The notes: generated from the letters alone by a model not told the origin. 64,000 nt of DNA from Octopus bimaculoides (GCF_001194135.2 NC_068981.1:54286571-54350570), one strand, 5' to 3'. Counted from the stretch's first letter, positions 39,435 to 53,269 are shown. Numbers and translations: made by a program.

Positions 39435-42309
39435 GTATGAATTAGTTCCACTCTGTATTGTGCAGTGGTGTGTGTGATTGTCAGCGTGGAAATATGTTGA
39501 CTTCGCTTCAAACTGAGCTGGTGAGAGTATTCCTATACGGTAACATGTTTGAATTATATGAGGCATACATGACAAACATCTCCGTCCTTATATCATTATA
39601 TTAAAACCACGTTGTGCGTATGTTGTGGGAGAAAACTATTTCAGAGAACTTTATAGCTTTAATTAACCATGGTCTGTGTCTACAAGGTACGCGGTTTTTT
39701 TATAGCATAGGCACAGTGTGGAGCTATCAGCATATAGAAAACCTTATTATACGGTTTCGGTTCTGGGTTCGTAGGACTTCGTATGTGTCTTCTTCACTAT
39801 TCTGGGAACTTATCATGCTTTACACATAAGACTTCATACATAAAACTGGAATTCCCTCACCGAGCGAATGTACCAAGACGAATTGATATAAATATATTTT
39901 TTTTTCTGGTGTCTAGAAACTTGCGAAGGCCACAGGCACTCGAGGTTAACAATAAATAAAAATGTATACACATGTTGTTTAATCTCAGATCAACCCTGTT
40001 CAAACATACTTATGATCAAATATGTTTCAATTGTCAACATACTGTCTTTTCGGGTTATGTCTGTGTCTGTACCTTATGTTAGGGAGTAATTTGGCTGCTA
40101 TTTCTAGCAAGCTGAGTGACCACGTAGAAGCTTCCCCAGTGGTTCGTGTATTAGATTATGAATAGTTACGTATAAACATGCATAAATTTTCTAATGTGTA
40201 CACGTTTGTATGTAGTATTTATTTATATATATTTTATAGTACAACTATTCGTGCATCTAGCCAATTTAATTTCTTTCATAAATATAGAATACAAAACCTA
40301 TTTTAACTACCCTCTTGTTTGAATTTCAGTTCTTTACAACTAAGTACAACCAGAAATCTTGACAGATGCACACGTTCGGCTTATTTCTGCTCGCCGATAT
40401 TATTAACTGTGCACATGTTTTCAGTATATGTATTTATTAACTACAAGCACTTATTGCAATAGGAAAAAAAAAACCATTGAAGAATCTGTTCGCATGCTCA
40501 GGTACACACATACTCTGGTGACTCCCGAGCGCGCACAAAAAGCTTTCACCACTATCATACACGACTAGTTATATATAAATACATGTACTATATCACTTTC
40601 GCATCGTCACTTTATTTGTGCTTGTATGTCTTTATCTACCTCTTCCCGCCTCTCTGTATATATATATATGTATGTGTGTGTACACACGCGCACACACACA
40701 CGTGTGCCTACGTGTGTAATATTTTGCTCTTAAATATAAAATCCTAGCAACAAACCATTTTCCAAGCCACCTGCTAACGACCACTTGCTCTCTCCATATA
40801 TATACACTACATTCATATCTATCATATATGAGTATGCATAGTGTATACACATAACATGTGAGTATGTATGTATGCGCGCTTACACACAGAGAATCAATAA
40901 GAACATTTAGTGACCCCTTTTTTTGCTAACCCACGATCATTCACACACACACTGCCAGTAACAATTCATCCGCTATTCTCACTTTACATAATAACGTAAT
41001 TGGAAGTTCGTTGTACTAGGAGACAAAATAACGTTTATTACTTGCTGGTGGTAAAGCAAAAAGAATTCTGCTTTCGGTTGGGATGAGGGGAAGTTGTGTG
41101 ATTAAAATCAGATGGGGTTTGAATGGATGCTTAAATATTTTAAAAAATTTTTAGTCAGGAGGGAAGGGTAGAACCCATGACCGTTAGATGGCATCGGAGA
41201 CTCGTGGGTGAAAGGGGAGGAAGGTATTCTCAAATCCTGGTCTGAATACTTTAATAAATTGGACTCCGCTAAAGGCAGCCTAAATTTTAGTTGGTGGTGT
41301 TAAACGGGGTGTCGAGTGAAGTCCACCATCCGTAGCGAGATTTGAACCCAGAACTCAAAGAACCGGAACAAGTACTGCTAGGCATCCGGTCCGACGTTCT
41401 TACAGGTCCACCTTGGATTGCTACTTTTTATAACGACCCTGAAAAAAAAAAAATGAAGTTGACTAAGGCGGGATTTGAAATCAAGGTACAGGGAGTCAAA
41501 ACACTTACCGTGAGTCATTCTGTTTGCCACTCTTACGACTCTGCCAATTCAACGGAAAAATGTCTCAAATTCCAATTGTTATGAAAATGGAAAGTCTAGA
41601 AAACATAATTTAGTAGTTTTTGTCATTTAACTCCATGTCAATAGTAATCGAGCAAACCTACAATCAAAGGCATTCTTTCTAACAATGACCATAACATCTT
41701 TTATTTTATTCAATTTTCTATTTGGTCAGGAGGAATGGGCTCAGACCATTGATTTTGTTGGCTCTTCATGTTATGACTGCATTTATGTGTCCGTTCCTTA
41801 TATGTCGTTGTTGCTGTTTAGTTCCAAGGCAGCCTTGATTGATCAGATCTATAGTCAAAGGCTCACTGCAGCCTTTACTGTCTTGTCTTTTTTATATAGC
41901 TACTTAGGAGTACGGTACCTCATATATTCGTCTTTGGTGTGATTTGGGGGAGATTTTGGCTACTATTTCTAGCAAGCCGGGTAACCACATAGAGACTCAC
42001 TCGTCCAATGATGCGGTGTCACTCTGCTTGCAAGAAATAGTAGTCAAATCTTTCAATTCATATACTATCATCTTTCGAAAAAGAATCTAAGAATACATTG
42101 AACAATGTAGTGCGACCTATACTATGTTTGAAAAGATGGAATGGTCATGACTGGAACACCTTTGATTTTCATAGGTCTGCTCAATCAAGACTAGCTTGGA
42201 ACTAGAATAACAAGAGTTCGAGGAAACTAGTAATAGTTACTCGAAACATTGAATCCATCTTATGAAATTTATACACAGTCAATGCATAAAGACTAAAAGC
42301 GTCTTATGA

Positions 42310-42490
42310 GTGATAAATGCTTAGCAGGCATTTCGTCCATCTTTATGTTCTGAGTTCAAATTCCGCTGAGATCTACTTTGCCTTTATCCTTTCGGGGTCA
42401 ATAAAATAAGTACCATTCAAGTACTTGAGTCAATGTAATCAACTTACTCACTGTCCCCTAATACTTCAGGCCTTGGGCCTATTGTAGAAA
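42310..42490 (+). mobile_element. SINE family A copy
   Basis: Homology to 5787-5999. Confidence 0.75.
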
Positions 42491-43597
42491 GAACTATTAT
42501 TATTATTTTTTTGTTTTGTACAGGTTCCAGCTGACTGGGCTGTGACCGTGCTGGAAAACCATCAGAGACCGCAATAATTTTTTTTTTCCAATTAACTCTT
42601 CAGTTCTCCCCCACCCACCAAAATAGAAACAAAAAACAAAAGAAAGAAAGAAAACCCAAAAAGCAAAACGAAAGAAGAAAACAAAAACAATAACGGATTT
42701 TAAAAAGACTTGAAATAGCGTTAACCGTTACTAGAGCAAGATACATTAAAGGGAGTTGTTGCGTTTCTGCATATGAGTAGGCGCGCGCGCGTATATGTGT
42801 GTGTGTGTACACATATTCTTTTGTTAGTTTCAGGCGTTGATTTAAGGCCATACTAGAGCACCGCCTTCAAAGGGTTGTAATCGATCATATCATCTACAGT
42901 AATTACCTTAGTCTGTTTCTTATTTTATCTAGTCACAAAATGGCACAATTCATACAAAAAGAAAAAAAACACTCACACACACAACACACACCGCGGAGCA
43001 GTGGTTGAATTGTTTAGATATTCGCTTCGCAAGTGGTCGTAGTTTCGATCCTACTGTGTGGTATCTTGGGGCAAATGTAATTTTCTATAGCTTTGAGTTG
43101 ATTCATACCATTTGAGTGAAACTGGGCTGACGAAAATTGACTGTACTTGTAATCCAAATTGACTGCACTTGTAATTCACATTGACTGTACTTGCAATCCA
43201 AAAGTACATCTTTGTCACGCACTGTCTCACGCTAATTCTACCTGCAAATTACTTCAAAAGTACAAATATTTGTGGAATGCCCAACCACTTACACGTTAAT
43301 TCAATAAATAGGAAGTTCAGTTAATTGAATTACTAACTAGTCACCATCGAAACTGACGGAGATCCACCTGTATATATACGTATGTTCATGATGAGTTTCC
43401 ATACGATTACCATGCACCCATTTCCGTTCTTAAGGCATTTGTTAAATCAAAGCTATAATAGTAAATAATATTTGCCTTAGGTGCTGTGCAGCACGATCGA
43501 ACCTGAGACCAAATTGATGTGAAGGGAATTATACACTATGTGCACACGTGTTATATGTAGATTATTTGGTTGAATGTTTAAAAGTAACACACACATT

Positions 43598-43732
43598 TAA
43601 ATCCTCTCACAAGGCTTTGGTTGGCCCAAGGCTATAGTAGAAGATAAATGCCCAAGGTACCATGCAGTGGGACTGAAGCTGGAAGCATGTGACTAGGAAG
43701 CAAACTTCTTACCACACATCCACACCTGCACC
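43598..43732 (-). mobile_element. SINE family C, 5' half (partial copies also at ~17030, 39690, 44660, 49340, 50430, 52455, 59700)
   Basis: Minus: GGTGCAGGTGTGG.TGTGTGGTAAGAAGTTTGCTTCC...GCTTCAGTCCCACTGCATGGTACCTTGGGCA, matching 53480-53886 and 63205-63590. Confidence 0.8.
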
Positions 43733-43876
43733 TACGCACATGGCCACACCTGCACCTATGCACAGGGCCATGACTACACCTGTGCACATGGCAACACCTG
43801 CACCTATGCACATGGTCACACCTGTGCCTATGCACACGGCCATGTCTGCACCTATGCACGCAGCCATGCCTGCACC
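43709..43876 (-). repeat. 7 x 24-bp diverged tandem array derived from the SINE C 5' end
   Basis: Units such as GGTGCAGGTGTGGCCATGTGCGTA run directly into the SINE head. Confidence 0.9.
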
Positions 43877-44605
43877 TGTTAATATCTAATTGTAAAATAT
43901 TTTGGTATGAAGTTAAAATCAATAGACAGTTATAACATGCACAAACAGCTCACAATAGATGATATTAGATGTGTTATCATCTAGTTTATTCTACCCACTT
44001 CATCCTACAATTAAGCTATTAGCCAGAAGAAAATCTGACAAAACTTAGAAGTCTTTCCCAAGATGCCATCATTTCAATCAATATTGTCCATATATTCCAC
44101 TATCTTAGGCATACAGTATCTTGACATGCTAGCTTAGACAAGGAAATGTTCACCTTGTCAACTACAATATAAGTTCTATCTATAGTATGTCTCTATAGAC
44201 AGTTATATGCACGTATAAAGCATGCATCCCTTTTCTTTTGTATATCAAAAGTTTGCTAACAGAAGCCTATTTAAATGTTATGTAGATTCCCTTTTACTGT
44301 GATTAAAGAACATCCTGGAAAACCACCAAAGAATATTCTACCATACTTTATCATCTTATTAAGTACACTCATTAAACAAATTAATCTGGCTTCATTCATC
44401 TCTATCATCATCATCATTTTATTGTTCATTTTTCCATGATTGCATGGGTTGGACAAAAGTAGAGTTTCTATGGTCAGTTATCCTTCTTGTCACCAATCCT
44501 TAATTGTTTCCAAGCAAGGTAATATTTCCCCAAGGCCTGACATGTTTTCATAGAATACTGGGAATGAATGACATTCATTTACAATGATCATAGGATGTCA
44601 AAACA

Positions 44606-44662
<57 letters not shown>

Positions 44663-44835
44663 GGTTTCTTTCAGATTTTTGTCTACCAAATCCACTCATA
44701 AGGCTTTGGTTAGTCTGGGGCTATAGTAGAAAACACTTTCCCTAGATGCTACACAATGGGACTGAACCTAGAAACCAAGTGGTTGAGAAGCAAACTTCTT
44801 AACCACACAGCTGTGTTTGTATCTATACCTGGAGA

Positions 44836-45048
44836 AGGCGGTGAGTTGGCAGAATCGTTAGCATGCCAGGCGAAATGCTTAGTGGTATTTTGTCTGCCAT
44901 TATGTTCTGAGTTCAAATTCTGCCGAGGTCAACTTTGCCTTTCATCTTTTTGGGGTGGATAAATTAAGTACCAGTTGAGTACTGGGGTCAATGTAATCAA
45001 CTTGCCCCTTCCCCAAAAATTTCAAGCCTTGTGCCTATAGTAGAAAGG
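44836..45048 (+). mobile_element. SINE family A copy with ~15-bp imperfect TSD, CpG-decayed
   Basis: GTATCTATACCTGGA before and GTATCTATATACCTGGA after the copy. Confidence 0.8.
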
Positions 45049-47962
45049 TGTATCTATATACCTGGATAAAAAAAAAAAAAAGTGATAGGGTTTTTATGAA
45101 TGGACTGCCTTTCATCATTGGCTTAGTTTATTGGGACCAGTTTGAATAAACAGCAAAAGTAATGTGCAACAATAAAATAGTAAGAACCAAACAAGTGTTC
45201 TTGTTTTGGATACAAAAACTGCATTCCTATATTTTTCTTATGGAGCAGCTTTATCTCAGTTGATTACATAATATGAAAGCCAGCTTCAGTATGGAAGCAA
45301 TGCTGTATAGTCAGCTATTATTTAATAAAATATCTGTTACTGTAATATGTCTTTGATATAAGAATATCATCAGGAACAAACAACATCATGTGATAAAATA
45401 TGCATATTACCAAATAGGAAACTAAGACAGTTGAAAAGAACCTTTAGTGATTTGTATGCTGCAAACCTCTAGAAGCCTACACAAGAGACATATCTGATGA
45501 CATTAAAGCCAGTACTTCGCAAACATTTTAGTGCAATATTGGTAAGTTAATACATTTACCTAATGCTGGATTCTGCTCTTGTTAGAGATGCACTCACGCA
45601 ACACACATGTACACTGATCCCACTACAGTAGATGTGCTTTGTACAATACACAAAATATGATATTGTGTCCAGACATTTCCAACCTGTTTTTCTCTAATCT
45701 TCATTTTCTTCTTGCTATTTTACTTTTTCCCCCTCTTTATTTCACTTGCATTTCTCTCATTTACTCTATCATATTTTTGTACTGTCATTTGTAAATTGCT
45801 TACTTCAATGCCTATTCGCTATATTGTTAACAAGGACACACTTACACAGCATTCATATGTCATCTTTGACATGAGAAACTAGAGAGGTAGGGAGAGAAAA
45901 GAGAGAATAGTAGACTAATGTTGGTATAGTTTTAATGATAAATTTGCTAATAAAACATGGCAAATATTACCAAGCATATTGAATGCTACCTGCTACGTAC
46001 ATACATACATACATACATCATCATCCTACCACCACCACCACCACCACCATCATTGTTTTTTTTTATGCTTGCATGTATCAGACAAAATTTGTTGAGGCAG
46101 AATTTCTTACTGGATGCTCTTCCTGTCGCCACCCCACACCTATTTCCAAACAAGGTAATATTTTCCCTTGATTTGGGCATGTTTTTACAGAAGTCTGGAA
46201 CTGAACGACATTGCTTTACAAGTATCACATAATATCTTGTCAAAGTAACACAAATGCATGCACACATTCGCTCATATAAGCATTATATGCATATATATAC
46301 TTCAGGTTCCTTAACTTTAACCATCCTGAAGATATCTAATTGGGTAACCACAAAGCTCAGCTAAGCATTTTTTTGCTCAGCATAGACACTGTAATACCAC
46401 CCTGCTTTTTAATCAATGATTTCCCCTTTTGTTACTATATTTTCTTTCATTTAATTTTGAAAATAATGAAAGATTTATCAAAATATCTTTACCCTTATTA
46501 AGCTGATGTTTGGAATATAAATTAACATGAAATTTTGATGGAAGGTTTTTAATTTAGATTCCTTTAAAACAAGAAATTTGTATCATAGAAACAGGCGCAG
46601 TCCTGGAGAGATTGCAATCAAAAGGGTTAATTTATTCAATATCAAATTGGCTAACGAACGAACTTTTCAGTTATTTGTTTAAAAGAACTAGACTTAATCT
46701 GTTTAACACCTGGTTTAATATTACCACCTGGCACCTTAAGTGCTTTTAGTAGAGTCTACTCTGTTGAAAGCATTCAAACCATTCTTATGTTTGAAAATAT
46801 CTTTGTTTCTCTCTCCCTCAAGTCTTGAAGGTTTTGTATAGGGTCATGACTACATCCCTTCCAGAGTAAAAGAAAAATTCAGGAAATTCTGTACCTTAAT
46901 TACACACACACATACAAGCATGCACAATTTGGTCAGGGGTGGAATTTTTAAAAGTTCATGTGGCAACAATGTATAGAAGTAGAATTAATGAGAATCAGGT
47001 GATCACTGAATGTATGTTCATATCAAAATGTGTTTATGCTATGGAGGCAACTATTCATTGACTTTAAATTTCATTCATATTCTTATTGTCTTACAAAGCT
47101 GTTGTCACAGACATTCCATTTTGACCCAACACAAACTTCATCTCTTGAATATAAATGATGAATGACATTCAGCTATCTAGCAAGTGTATTGGCATTCCAA
47201 CAGCTTCAGAGCTGAAATTATGCTCTGCACAATTGAAATCCAACTTCAACTCCCACCATCCATGCAGTGTAAAGAGAGGGATTGCTCAGTGCTTAAAACA
47301 TCGAGCAATGAATATAAGTAGTGATTGTGATACCCACCACGAAGAAATGATCTAGCTCAGTAACAATCTATTAAGCAACAACTACCCCCAAAGCATACTC
47401 TCCACTCCAATTAGGAAGAAAAGAGAGGATGAAACCGATAAACTGTCCACAGTCTGTCTACCCTATGTGAAAGGCCTCTCCGTAAAGATATAAAACATAT
47501 GCGGCCCATATGACATCAGGACAGTATTCAAAAGTAACACAACACATCGCAAATATCTCCTTTGAGTAAAACCACCAATAGAAGAGAATATGGCTAAGAA
47601 CTGAGTGTACTCCATCCCATGCAGCTGTGGTAGGTTATACAAAGGCGAAACATGCTGCCCCTCAAAATATGGGTAGACAAACATCGCAAAGCTGTGACAC
47701 GAGGAGATATTGATAAATCGGGTATAGCTGATCATGTATGGAAACATGGAGACCACCTCCCTCTGTAGGATGAAGTTAAAATAATAGACAGAGAACACCA
47801 CTGGAAAATATGGAAACTAAAAGAAGCAGCACATATGCTAGGACACAACAACCTCCTAAGCAGACTGAGTGCAGATATGAACAGCATATGGGAACCAGTA
47901 TTAAGGAAGGATAGGAGAATATTAAATTTATAAGCCCTAAAATTCACTCCATAATTGCCCAT

Positions 47963-48035
47963 GGGCATATGGCATATTGGTTAAGAGTGCGGGCTACTAA
48001 CCCCAAGATTCCGAGTTCGATTCCAGGCAGTGACC
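47963..48035 (+). promoter_or_regulatory. tRNA-derived Pol III internal promoter (A and B boxes) inside the Penelope 3' repeat
   Basis: A-box TGGCATATTGG 47970-80, anticodon-like GGG-CTACTAA-CCC, B-box GTTCGATTCC 48015-24. Same sequence at 14957-15013. Confidence 0.75.
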
Positions 48036-48121
48036 TGAATAATGATAATAATGATAATAATAACAACAACAACATCGAAAAACACCTTAAGAATGAGAAC
48101 CCAGGTTTGAAATTTCCCCAA

Positions 48122-48167
48122 GACACCTGATGAAGGATGGAGGGTATATCAGCCAAAACGTTGTGTT
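48122..48167 (+). ncRNA. Hammerhead motif, inactivated (G12A, helix II mismatch)
   Basis: GACAC-CTGATGA-A-GGATG(...)CAGCC-AAA-ACGT-T-GTGTT compared with the intact copy at 15167. Confidence 0.7.
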
Positions 48168-49537
48168 AACAACAAACAAGATGAGAACAAATATACGTCA
48201 ATTGTAAATAATGAAATCCACTATTGTCTTTTGAACCAGCAAAGTATCTGCTAGAAATGACAGCCAAATCTCTTTCAGACCACATGCTACCATTTAAAAA
48301 AAAAAAAAAAAAGAAATAGAAAGGTCACATTAGTTCGTGCAGTACTAGATAAACCTAAAAATACAGGATGTTTATAGCTCTAATCCTTTTGATCATAATC
48401 TTGCTCACTGAGGGTCAACCTGGTGGAGCTAAGAAATAACTACCATCCATTATCATTAAGTCAAACCTTGAATAATTGATAAATGTCATCTACATGAAGA
48501 ACATTAAGTTTGTGTTAATAAATTTAATGCAAAGAACATTAAAAGGTGAACTAGAAATAAATATTTGATGAGAAAAAGATGATATATATCAGTGATTACT
48601 ATTATTTTCTTTCATTCTTTCTTTTATTTCATCTGAAGAAAGCCTACTTTTTTTTCTTTACTACACATTTATTTCAAGGTAGTTTTTTTTAATGTCCCTC
48701 ACATCAAGTGCATTATTGGTGACTTACCCTTAGGTGTTTTGTGGATGGTGGCGTCTGCATTGATGACTTGCAACTATATCTGCAGTTACCCATCATATCA
48801 GTAATGCAAACTTATACTTTGATTCAGGTGTTGGTAGGATTGCTTTTTGTGTATTCATTAGATCAGGAGTGAAGGCCCAATCTTCTAGACTGGCCAGAGG
48901 AAGATATTCTAAAGGAAAAGACTCCATTATAGGCGCAAATGCTTGCAACAGAGCAGACTATGGTATAGGCATTCGAAGTGTCAGTAGTGTTAAACCAGAT
49001 AATGGTTTAAGTCCACCATCTAAATAGGGCATGGCAGAATTTGAACTCGGAACACAATGAACCAGAAAAAATACTGCAAGGCATCTGGTTTGCCATTCTT
49101 GCATTTCCATTAATTCACTGTACTTTTCTTATTGGTCTTGAAAGGATGAAAGATAAAGCTGATCTTGGTAGGATTTGAACCCAAAGCAGTGAGAATTACA
49201 ACAAATACTGCAAGGCATTCCCCATAATGCTCTGACAACTTTGCCAATTCATTGCCTGAAAGACATTTCTGAGAGTAGCTGACCTGCTTTGCCTGACCAT
49301 CAAAAACAGGAGGCTCTTGGTATCATTTAGCTAATCTTTTACCTTTTACTAGTTTCAGTCATTCATTGGACTGTGGCCATGCTGGAGCACCATCTTGAAG
49401 GGTTTAGTAAAACAAATCAACCTCAGTACCTATTTTTTATGGGCGGTACTTATTCTGTTGGCTTCTTTTGTCAAACTGCCAAGTTATGGGGATGTAAACA
49501 AAACCAAAACCAGTTGTCAAACACACATATGCGCACG

Positions 49538-49572
<35 letters not shown>

Positions 49573-50169
49573 GGACAGACACACATTTGTGACTACAGCC
49601 AAGCTGGGGCACCACCTTTTATAGTTGAATGTATTGATCCCAGTACATTTTTTTAAACCCTGGGACTTATGCTATTGGTCACTTTTGCTGAGCTGCTAAA
49701 TATATGTGCACACATATACACACAGCTACACCCACCCAATCACACACCTTCCAGACTGCTGCTCACTCACTATTGGCCACTCTGTCTACACGCACACACA
49801 CACACACACACACACAACCATACCCACCCATTCACACACCTTTCACTATAGCTGCTGACTTATGACTGACCTCTCAGAGCAGCAGATACTTGCACACATA
49901 TCCTACCACACACACACACACACACACACACAAACAACTCACACAAATACACACACAGAGTTTCTACCATACACGCACACACATGTGCTACCACACACAC
50001 AGTTACTACCACATGCACACACTACCACACATGCAGTTTCTGCCACACACATGCTATCATACATACATGCACTACCACACACACATACACACATACTGAC
50101 CATCTTTACACTCTCTTGTTCCAGAAATCACTTTCTCCTTCTTCCACTTCCGGTCACTTCAGTAATATA

Positions 50170-50345
50170 ACAGCACGTGGATTGTTAGCAATTTTTCCTT
50201 ATTTTCCCTTCTTGCTTTTTAGACTTTCCTGTTTGTGATGAAGAGTCATGCTTGAAATGTTAACAACAACTCTCTTCCTTCACCAAGCGTCAAATTAATG
50301 TTTCTTCTGCACGTCCTCAGATTCATCTCGTTCTTTTTTCCTGTT
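50170..50345 (+). mobile_element. Degenerate copy of the 31700-31915 Penelope-like tail with decayed hammerhead (50230-50265)
   Basis: TGTTT-GTGATGA-A-GAGT(cat)GCTT-GAA-ATGT-T-AACA. Confidence 0.55.
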
Positions 50346-50380
50346 TTTTTATTGTTTGTTTATTTGGATTAATTTACATG

Positions 50381-50436
<56 letters not shown>

Positions 50437-50762
50437 GTGGGCTTCCTCCAGCTTCTATCAACCAAATCCACTCACAAGGCTTTGGTCAGCCTGGGGCTAT
50501 AGGAAAAGAGACTTGCTCAAGGTGTCACACAGTGGGACTGAACTCAAAACTACATGGCTGAAACACTAGCTTTTTAACCACACAGCACCTAATTTGGTAT
50601 CTATTTCTTATTTAATACCAATTTCTTTCAATGAAAAGAGAGATGTGTGCACTCCTGAATTAACAACAGTAGTATTAGCAGAAGCAAAGTTAACACATTT
50701 TTATTCAGCCAACTGCTTTTCTTTACCATATCTGCCAAAACCATCACTTTTAGTTCTTGTAT

Positions 50763-50809
<47 letters not shown>

Positions 50810-52204
50810 TGTGTAATTTTATATGTGCATGTACTTTTTGTATGTATGTTTAAATGTCTATGTATATATTTGTACATATAGTGAAGTGCTAACATGTTTA
50901 CTGTGACCAGTATAGATCATTTACATATATGTGTTTATACACATACATACACATTTATACAACAACCACAATGGGATTACTTGTCTACTTGGCTTTTTAA
51001 AGAAATTGAGAGCTTATGAATGTATTTGATGTATATATTTCAAAGGCTATTTAGAATTGGAACTGCAATTGGATAGTTAGGAACAGGCCTAGGGATTTCA
51101 AAAATGTTTTTTTGTGCATGTGTATTGGTTGTTTGCACTACATCTGTGTGTTTGTCTTACAATATTTTCCTTACCAAGGCCCTTTATTCTCTGCTACCAG
51201 TTTTAGATAAATAGAAACACTGAAAATCATGGACGTGATGTATAAATTATGTGTGTATGTGTGCATGTTTTTATATATGTATAAATGTATGTGTGCATGT
51301 CTGTATATGTGTTTATATATATATGTATTTATGCATGTGTGTGTGTGTGTGTACATATATATGACCATATACAAATATACATTTGAATATATGTTGGTAT
51401 ATTCTTTTATTCTTTTACTAGCAGAAATACCCGGCGTTGCCCGGGTTAAAGAGAATAATGAANNNNNNNNNNNNNNNNNNNNNNNNNNNNNNNNNNNNNN
51501 NNNNNNNNNNNNNNNNNNNNNNNNNNNNNNNNNNNNNNNNNNNNNNNNNNNNNNNNNNNNNNGGTATCAGTTAGAGAGGTTTAATACCTCTAAGGGATAA
51601 TTAAATCCAGAGACACTGGATATATATATACAGAGAGAGAGAGAGGAAAGATTTTTATTGATCAAAAGATGTAGCTAGCTTTATATTCTTATTGGCATGA
51701 AATAAATGATAAAATCCTGTTCTTGGTTTTCATTTGGAACCAAGTATTTTATTTTGATATAAACAAAAATTTGTAACATTATCATGTTGGTAGCCAAATT
51801 GTCTAAGTAATCGTTATAAGGATTAGTTGATAAGAGGATCAATTGATTGGCAACCAGTTTGTCTATAAGATTATTTGAGTAAACAGTGATGTAGATTAAA
51901 CTTAGGATTTAGTAGAGATGATCTCTGTGCAAAGCAATGTAACATTGGTGCATATGTTAGTATTGTTGGCCAGATGTGACCACATTATATGCTGCTGAAG
52001 TAGATGATGTACTGCTGTTAGACATGTCATTGATTATAACTAATATTATTGTCAAGGTTGTATAATCAATTAGTGGTTGTGATATTTGCAGTAATAACTG
52101 AAATTACTACTGTTGCATGAATTAAACCAAGAATCCACCTCTATGCGGTTACCCGATTTGCTAGGAAAACCTACCTAAATGGTATTAAATAGGAGTTAAA
52201 ATAT

Positions 52205-52440
52205 CATCATCATTATCATTGTCATTTAATGGGCCCTTTTCCATGCTTGTATGAGTCAAAAGGAATTTGTTGAGGCAACTTTTCTAAGGCAGGATGCTCT
52301 CCCTGCTGCCAACCCTCAACTGTTTCCAAGTAAAGTATATTATTTTCTCATAGATAAAAATGTTTTTAATGGAATACTGAACATGAACAACTCATTTGCT
52401 GATTCTCGTTTGCAACCATCACATAATGTCTAGCCAAGGG
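52205..52440 (-). mobile_element. Interspersed repeat family D with (GAT)n tail, RTE-like 3' end (also ~33375, 44400, 46020, 54680, 57800)
   Basis: Recurrent CATCATC..TTTAA.G.CC..TTTCCATGCT.G.ATG..T.GGA...GGATGC.CTTCC motif. Confidence 0.6.
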
Positions 52441-53269
52441 TACACACACACGCACACACATATAGTTGGCTTGTTTCAGTTTCCATCTACCAACTCTATT
52501 CATAGTTGGCCCAAGTCTATAGTAGAAGATACTTGCCCAAGGTGTCATGCAGCGGGACTGAACCCAAGACCACATGGTTGAGAAGCAATATTCTTAACCA
52601 TACAGCCATACTTGTGCCTGGCTTTTTTCAAAAAGAAACAAGACATTGGATAATGATAAACAAAAAAAAAAAAGCTAAAAAGATGGGGTGATTGTTACTA
52701 GTATACCTTTGATTATAAATTTTCTCAATCACTTTTCCTAGATTTTATAGTTTGAACAGTTGTGATGTGTATAACACAATATTTTGTTGATCAGCAAAAT
52801 GTTATAAGATATGAACAATATCAAGGAAAACGAAACAACTACTGTTATTCAGTTTTCTTTTTAGAGAATTACATTAACCCATTCGTATTTAAACAGAGCA
52901 TATGGAGATAATGCTTGCTGAACTTTTCAGATCTTGATTCAGACTATGCATTATTGAAATATCACTGATGACTAGGGTTAATATAATTGACAAAACTCCT
53001 CTCTGAAATTTGAGTCCTTGCGTCTATGTTAGAATTCCTGGCATTATATTTTCTGAGTTTGAATGCTGCCATGGTCAACATTACCTCTTGGGGTTGATAG
53101 TAAAGTACCAGACATAATGATACTCATTAGACATGTATGGAACCAAGTTAAAAATATTCATTGATGCCACTTTATATCCAGCTGTGTGCTGCTTTGAATT
53201 TGTTCCTTCATATAGTTTGTCTATAGAGTGTTCATACTTTACTTTTTATAGTTATCTCCTGGTCAGCTC

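Larger units (their letters stand above)
47343..48213 (+). mobile_element. 5'-truncated Penelope-like element: GIY-YIG endonuclease remnant plus terminal repeat
   Basis: Translation: VCLPYVKGLS..I..ICGPYDIRTVFKS..VYSIPCSCGRLYKGET..(frameshift)..HRKAVTRGDIDKSGIADHVWK..EVKIIDREHHWKIWKLKEAAHM..WEPVL, ending at ~47932. Then tRNA-like head, (AAT)n and a hammerhead-bearing tail. Confidence 0.92.

Noticed and set aside
43632-43922. Cys/His-rich ORF resembling a metallothionein (CRCGHVHR repeats)
   Set aside because: It is the translation of the SINE-derived 24-bp array. No splice or start context.
47560-47610. In-frame TGA codons in the Penelope ORF as selenocysteine (as reported for Naiad elements)
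   Set aside because: The ORF also has TAA/TAG stops and a frameshift, GIY-YIG is C-terminal (Penelope/Poseidon layout), and CpG decay can explain at least one TGA.
47963-48035. Functional tRNA gene (apparent anticodon ACT)
   Set aside because: Imperfect acceptor and anticodon stems, no oligo-T terminator, and embedded in a dispersed repeat. Treated as a tRNA-derived promoter.
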